Assembly (NCBI GenBank): GCA_963811105.1
Contig: CAWEPZ010000011.1
Span: forward strand, 352,001 to 416,000
Direction: 5' to 3'
DNA from: Candidatus Bathyarchaeota archaeon
Lineage (GTDB): Archaea; Thermoproteota; Bathyarchaeia; Bathyarchaeales; Bathycorpusculaceae
Length of the DNA stretch: 64,000 bases
In this document: positions 60,346 through 64,000 of the stretch, piece after piece
How positions within the stretch are numbered: the stretch's first letter is position 1
Layout: each line of letters opens with the position of its first letter
Position numbers and translations under genes: made by a program
Notes under the pieces: model-generated
Seen by the model: the letters and a program-made list of their open reading frames with translations, nothing else
What the model was told of the DNA's origin: nothing
The model's database searches: none

Positions 60346-61521
60346 TTGAATGGGAAGCCGCTCGCCAGCATAGTTAGTGCTGGAATGTCCAAGTTCGGCA
60401 AGCATGATGGTTTACTTGCAAGAGAAATCTTTTCCCAAGCAGCTAAAGAAGCGTTCAGCCGCTGCCCTAAACTTGACCCAAAAAAAGACATCAAAGCCAT
60501 GTTTATCGGACACATGGGCGAAGCCTATGAACATCAGGGTCATATGGGAGCAGCCGTTGCCGATTGGGCAGGACTCGCTGGCGTTGCAGCTACGCGCACG
60601 GAGTCTGCTTGTGCTTCTTCAGGCGCTGGGTTACGCGCAGGGATTTATGCTGTTATGTCTGGTTTGGCGGATGTGGTTTTAGTTGGCGGAGTTGAGAAGA
60701 TGACACACCGCACTACAGCTGAGGTTACTGAGTATTTGGCTATGGCGTCGGATTATCCGTTTGAACAGTGGCATGGAATCACTTTTCCAGGTTTATTTGC
60801 AATGATGGCTACCGCTCACATGTATGCTTATGGCACAACAGAGAAGCAGATGGCGTTTGCTGCAGTTAAGAATCATTATCATGGAAGCCTCAATCCGAAG
60901 GCGCACATGCAAAAAGAAATCACTCTTGAAGCCGCTTTGACTTCGAGGTATGTTGCCTGGCCCTTGAAACTCTACGATTGTTCATTGATAACTGACGGCG
61001 CAAGCTGCATAATAATTACTAAACCCGAATTAGCCAGCAAATATACTGACATACCAGTGCAAATAATCGGAAGTGGACAAGCCAGCGACACCATAGGCTT
61101 ATACGAACGCAAAAGCCTCACATCACTTAACGCCACGAAACTTGCGGCAAAATCGGCTTATGAAATGGCAAACGCTAAGCCACAGGACATTGACTTAGCT
61201 GAAGTTCATGACTGTTTCACGTTCGCTGAACTCATGGCCTACGAAGACCTTGGCTTTTGCGCTGAAGGCGAAGGCGGCAAACTGGTTGAAAGCGGCGAAA
61301 CCCGCCTCGGCGGACGCATACCCGTCAACACAAGCGGCGGTTTAAAAGCTAAAGGGCACCCTGTTGGCGCTACAGGCACAGCACAAGCCTACGAAATTTA
61401 TCTGCAGCTCACTGGGCAAGCCGGAAAACGCCAAGTAAAAGATGCAAAAATCGGCTTAACTCATAATGTTGGGGGCTCAGGAGCCACCTCGGCAATTCAC
61501 ATATACAGGAGAGACCAATAA
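60346..61521 (+). CDS. Archaeal-type thiolase (acetyl-CoA acyltransferase)
   Basis: ESACASSG, VKNH, DCS..TDGA, EVHDCF, NTSGGL..KGHPVGATG, HNVGG. Confidence 0.93.
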   Translation: MNGKPLASIVSAGMSKFGKHDGLLAREIFSQAAKEAFSRCPKLDPKKDIKAMFIGHMGEAYEHQGHMGAAVADWAGLAGVAATRTESACASSGAGLRAGIYAVMSGLADVVLVGGVEKMTHRTTAEVTEYLAMASDYPFEQWHGITFPGLFAMMATAHMYAYGTTEKQMAFAAVKNHYHGSLNPKAHMQKEITLEAALTSRYVAWPLKLYDCSLITDGASCIIITKPELASKYTDIPVQIIGSGQASDTIGLYERKSLTSLNATKLAAKSAYEMANAKPQDIDLAEVHDCFTFAELMAYEDLGFCAEGEGGKLVESGETRLGGRIPVNTSGGLKAKGHPVGATGTAQAYEIYLQLTGQAGKRQVKDAKIGLTHNVGGSGATSAIHIYRRDQ

Positions 61522-61922
61522 TGAGCAGCCTAGAGCCTTTCACAATTGAGCAGTTCTACAAGTTTCTGGATCAACAAAAACTAATGGCTGGACGATGCCT
61601 CAAATGTGGAAAAATTCATTTGCCTCCAAGGCCCCTTTGCGACAACTGCTTCTCACAAGAATTTGAATGGGTCAACATTTCTGGAATAGGAAAACTTCTC
61701 ACTTACACCGTAATCAGCATTGCACCTCAACAATTCCAAGACCTAACGCCCTACGCTGTCGGAATCGTTCAATTAGAGCACAGCTTGAAAATCCCAGGAA
61801 TGATAAATAATGTGAAGCAGGAGCAGCTGAAAATAGGCATGGAGTTGGCGTTGGATTTCGGCTCTTGCAGCACGACACAAGCGTGGCCACAGTGGCAAAG
61901 ATACTGCTTCAAACCAGTTTAA
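61521..61922 (+). CDS. DUF35 Zn-ribbon/OB-fold thiolase partner
   Basis: CLKCG..HLPPRPLCDNC, G.LLTYTVI; stop/start overlap with thiolase. Confidence 0.92.
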   Translation: MSSLEPFTIEQFYKFLDQQKLMAGRCLKCGKIHLPPRPLCDNCFSQEFEWVNISGIGKLLTYTVISIAPQQFQDLTPYAVGIVQLEHSLKIPGMINNVKQEQLKIGMELALDFGSCSTTQAWPQWQRYCFKPV

Positions 61923-62375
61923 GAGGATCTTTTCTCCCGCAGGTTGATATGCCTTTTTAACAAAGAATTTCACAATAAATTGAGATATCCTTTATGAATT
62001 AGTCTCATTCTCTCTCTATTTTTAGTAATCAAAAACAGGGTCCTATTCAGATAGTTGTTTTTAGTCGAGTTTCCATTTCTTGCTTTTAGCCTTGTCTATT
62101 ATTTCTTTTTTGCAAATTTTTGAACTGACTGTTTTGAGCTGGGTTTTTTAGTTTAGGGTTTTATTTGTTTGCGGGTTGTGTCTAGAAATGTTCCTAATTG
62201 CCCCATATTGTCACCATTTACCCCTAAAGGTTGATAGAAGGTTTTAAAAATGGGTTATTTGATGACTGTATAAGCTTGGATTGATAATGCAACCGAGTAA
62301 TGGCTAAATGCAATCAAGAAAATTTAAAATCACAGCAACATTTTTTGGCAATTCAAACAATGATAGGATTGGAAG

Positions 62376-63005
62376 TTGACTAAATTGAGCGGGAAAACGA
62401 AGGTTTGTCTTGTTTCTTGTAGCGTTCTGAAAGAGGAACTTCTGCAACTTGTCAAACAAGGAAGCCTTGATACAGAGTTAGTTTTTGTCAGCAAATTCTT
62501 CCATATTGATTATGGAGAACTTGAGAAGAATTTGCGTAAAGTTCTAAAATATACCCTGAAACGTTTCAAAGGCAAAGTCGTACTCGTCTACGGTGACCTC
62601 TGCCTTGGGCAAAACGACGAAATGAAAAAGTTAGCAGACGAGTTTGGCGTGATTAAGGTTAATGCAGTTAATTGTATCGACTGCCAACTGGGTGGTAAAG
62701 GCGCTTTTTTTGAGGCTGACCCTGAGCATAATTTGATGTTTATGGGTCCGGGGATGATTGGTTTTTTCAAACATGCAAAAGACACGATGTTGAAAGAGGG
62801 TGTTGATGAGGCAGCTTTCCTGGGTATGTTTAGCGGTATTAAGGGATTTGTGTTGTTGGACACGTGTGGTGAGCCTGAAACAATGAGGGGCGAGTTGGAA
62901 GCGGCGGGTTTGAGGATTCCGATTTTGGAAACAAGGAAAATAGGGGTTAAAGGCGTTAAGCACGTGGTTCTAGATGCAATTCAACATGCCACCAGCGCCA
63001 AGTGA
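62376..63005 (+). CDS. DUF1638-domain protein
   Basis: SC.VL..E, H, VYG..C, NCIDC.LGG. Confidence 0.78.
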   Translation: MTKLSGKTKVCLVSCSVLKEELLQLVKQGSLDTELVFVSKFFHIDYGELEKNLRKVLKYTLKRFKGKVVLVYGDLCLGQNDEMKKLADEFGVIKVNAVNCIDCQLGGKGAFFEADPEHNLMFMGPGMIGFFKHAKDTMLKEGVDEAAFLGMFSGIKGFVLLDTCGEPETMRGELEAAGLRIPILETRKIGVKGVKHVVLDAIQHATSAK

Positions 63006-63120
63006 CTCTGTTGTATGTTAAAAGTTAACTGATTGATTTTTGGAAGACTGTGAAGATACCGTAAATATTAAAGAAGCATCCGCACAATAGTCCAAAGCAT
63101 AACGTGTGGATGTGGCTTTG

Positions 63121-64000
63121 ATGACTCAAACGGTACCCTCCCAACCTATGAAACGGGTTGAAGATTGGAAATCTCGATTAATTGATCTCTCAAGAAGAAA
63201 TAACCTTCTTTACTTCAAGAAAGACAAGCGAGGTAACCTTGTTATCTCGCAACCTGACCAACAGGCCGTCTTCAATGCTTTGGTGTTGAAAAAACGTCAT
63301 TTAGAAATCTGGGTACCTCCAGATGAAGCGAAAACTTCAGAAAAACCAGAAAAGGCAAAAGGCAAAGCAAAAGTCAGGGCTGCAAAAACGCCTGAAATAG
63401 CCAAAGCAAACGTGAAAGACGCGGGAATAGAAACACCTACAGCTCAAGAAGAACAGAAACCTCACCCTTCAACGAACCAACTGGTTTGCGAAAGCCTCTC
63501 CCGTTTAGAGCTTGAAAGAAGACTCAAAGGTTTGCAGTGGCGTTCACTTCTTGATTACCTTGAACGTGGTGTCCGCATTTTGCATGCTGCTTTCGGCACC
63601 CTAAACTGGGTTGATATGGAAACAAAAGAAAATGTTCAGTCGCCACTTATTCTTGTGCCTTTAGAGCTAACTCGGGATTCTATGCGTCAACCATATGCCA
63701 TCACGGTGCCGCCAGTTGAAGAAGAAGCTGTTTTAAACCCAGCCTTACAAGTCAAACTGAAGACTGATTATAAAATCGAATTGCCGCCTCTGCCTGAAGA
63801 ATGGGAAAAACAAAACCTTGCGGACTACTTTCACCTAGTTAACCAAGTTGTTGCAGAGATAGGATGGAAGGTAGAGCCATCAGTTAACCTTGGATTGTTT
63901 TCGTTCCAAAAACTCGTTATTTACAAAGACTTAGAAGCGAATGCTCAATTTGTTACGCAGCATCCAATAATCCGAGCAATAGCTGGCATGAAAGAAACCA
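63121..64000 (+). CDS. DUF4011-domain protein, probable large SF1 helicase/nuclease (runs off window)
   Basis: Open frame from ATG 63121: WKSRLIDLSRRNNLLYF, ERGV..L..AFG.L.W, PLILVP, LNPAL, LGLFSFQKL..YKDL. Confidence 0.85.
   Translation, partial: MTQTVPSQPMKRVEDWKSRLIDLSRRNNLLYFKKDKRGNLVISQPDQQAVFNALVLKKRHLEIWVPPDEAKTSEKPEKAKGKAKVRAAKTPEIAKANVKDAGIETPTAQEEQKPHPSTNQLVCESLSRLELERRLKGLQWRSLLDYLERGVRILHAAFGTLNWVDMETKENVQSPLILVPLELTRDSMRQPYAITVPPVEEEAVLNPALQVKLKTDYKIELPPLPEEWEKQNLADYFHLVNQVVAEIGWKVEPSVNLGLFSFQKLVIYKDLEANAQFVTQHPIIRAIAGMKET

Noticed and set aside
62255-62312. Second possible C/D sRNA (TGATGA...TGATAA...CTAA)
   Set aside because: D and D' boxes are poor and no target is recognisable; more likely the DUF1638 promoter region
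1-64000. CRISPR arrays, rRNA, SRP/RNase P RNA, inteins, transposases and integrases
   Set aside because: No regularly spaced repeats or diagnostic motifs seen by eye; aIF5B, Top6B and Lon have no intein-sized inserts

Overview
Archaeal chromosomal segment, most consistent with Bathyarchaeia/TACK. Evidence: rps8e, SRP19, aIF5B, Topo VI, ABCE1, thermosome, Cgi121, TrmY, a tRNA with a D-loop intron, and Bathyarchaeia-style surface beta-propeller and membrane-wHTH proteins. The left 22 kb is mostly minus-strand housekeeping, including an eno-rps2-MEMO1 block and a single-operon lower archaeal mevalonate pathway (mvk, UbiD-type decarboxylase, AcnX large/small, IPK, IDI-2, prenyl synthase, then gltX). 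The middle holds a wHTH-pilin-coiled coil-roadblock/DPBB-roadblock unit whose pilin is frameshifted, tRNA-Thr, tRNA-Pro, two pseudogenes and many small ORFs. The right part has glyA, serA, a Dph6-GATase pair, a LonC-type protease, tRNA-Glu, a five-gene split glutamate synthase-like operon, thiolase/DUF35, DUF1638 and a truncated DUF4011 gene. Several intergenic regions carry unexplained long hairpins, some sharing short motifs, plus a candidate C/D guide RNA and an acidic Trp-repeat micropeptide. No CRISPR array, rRNA, intein or transposase was seen. All assignments come from motif recognition by eye; no searches were run.
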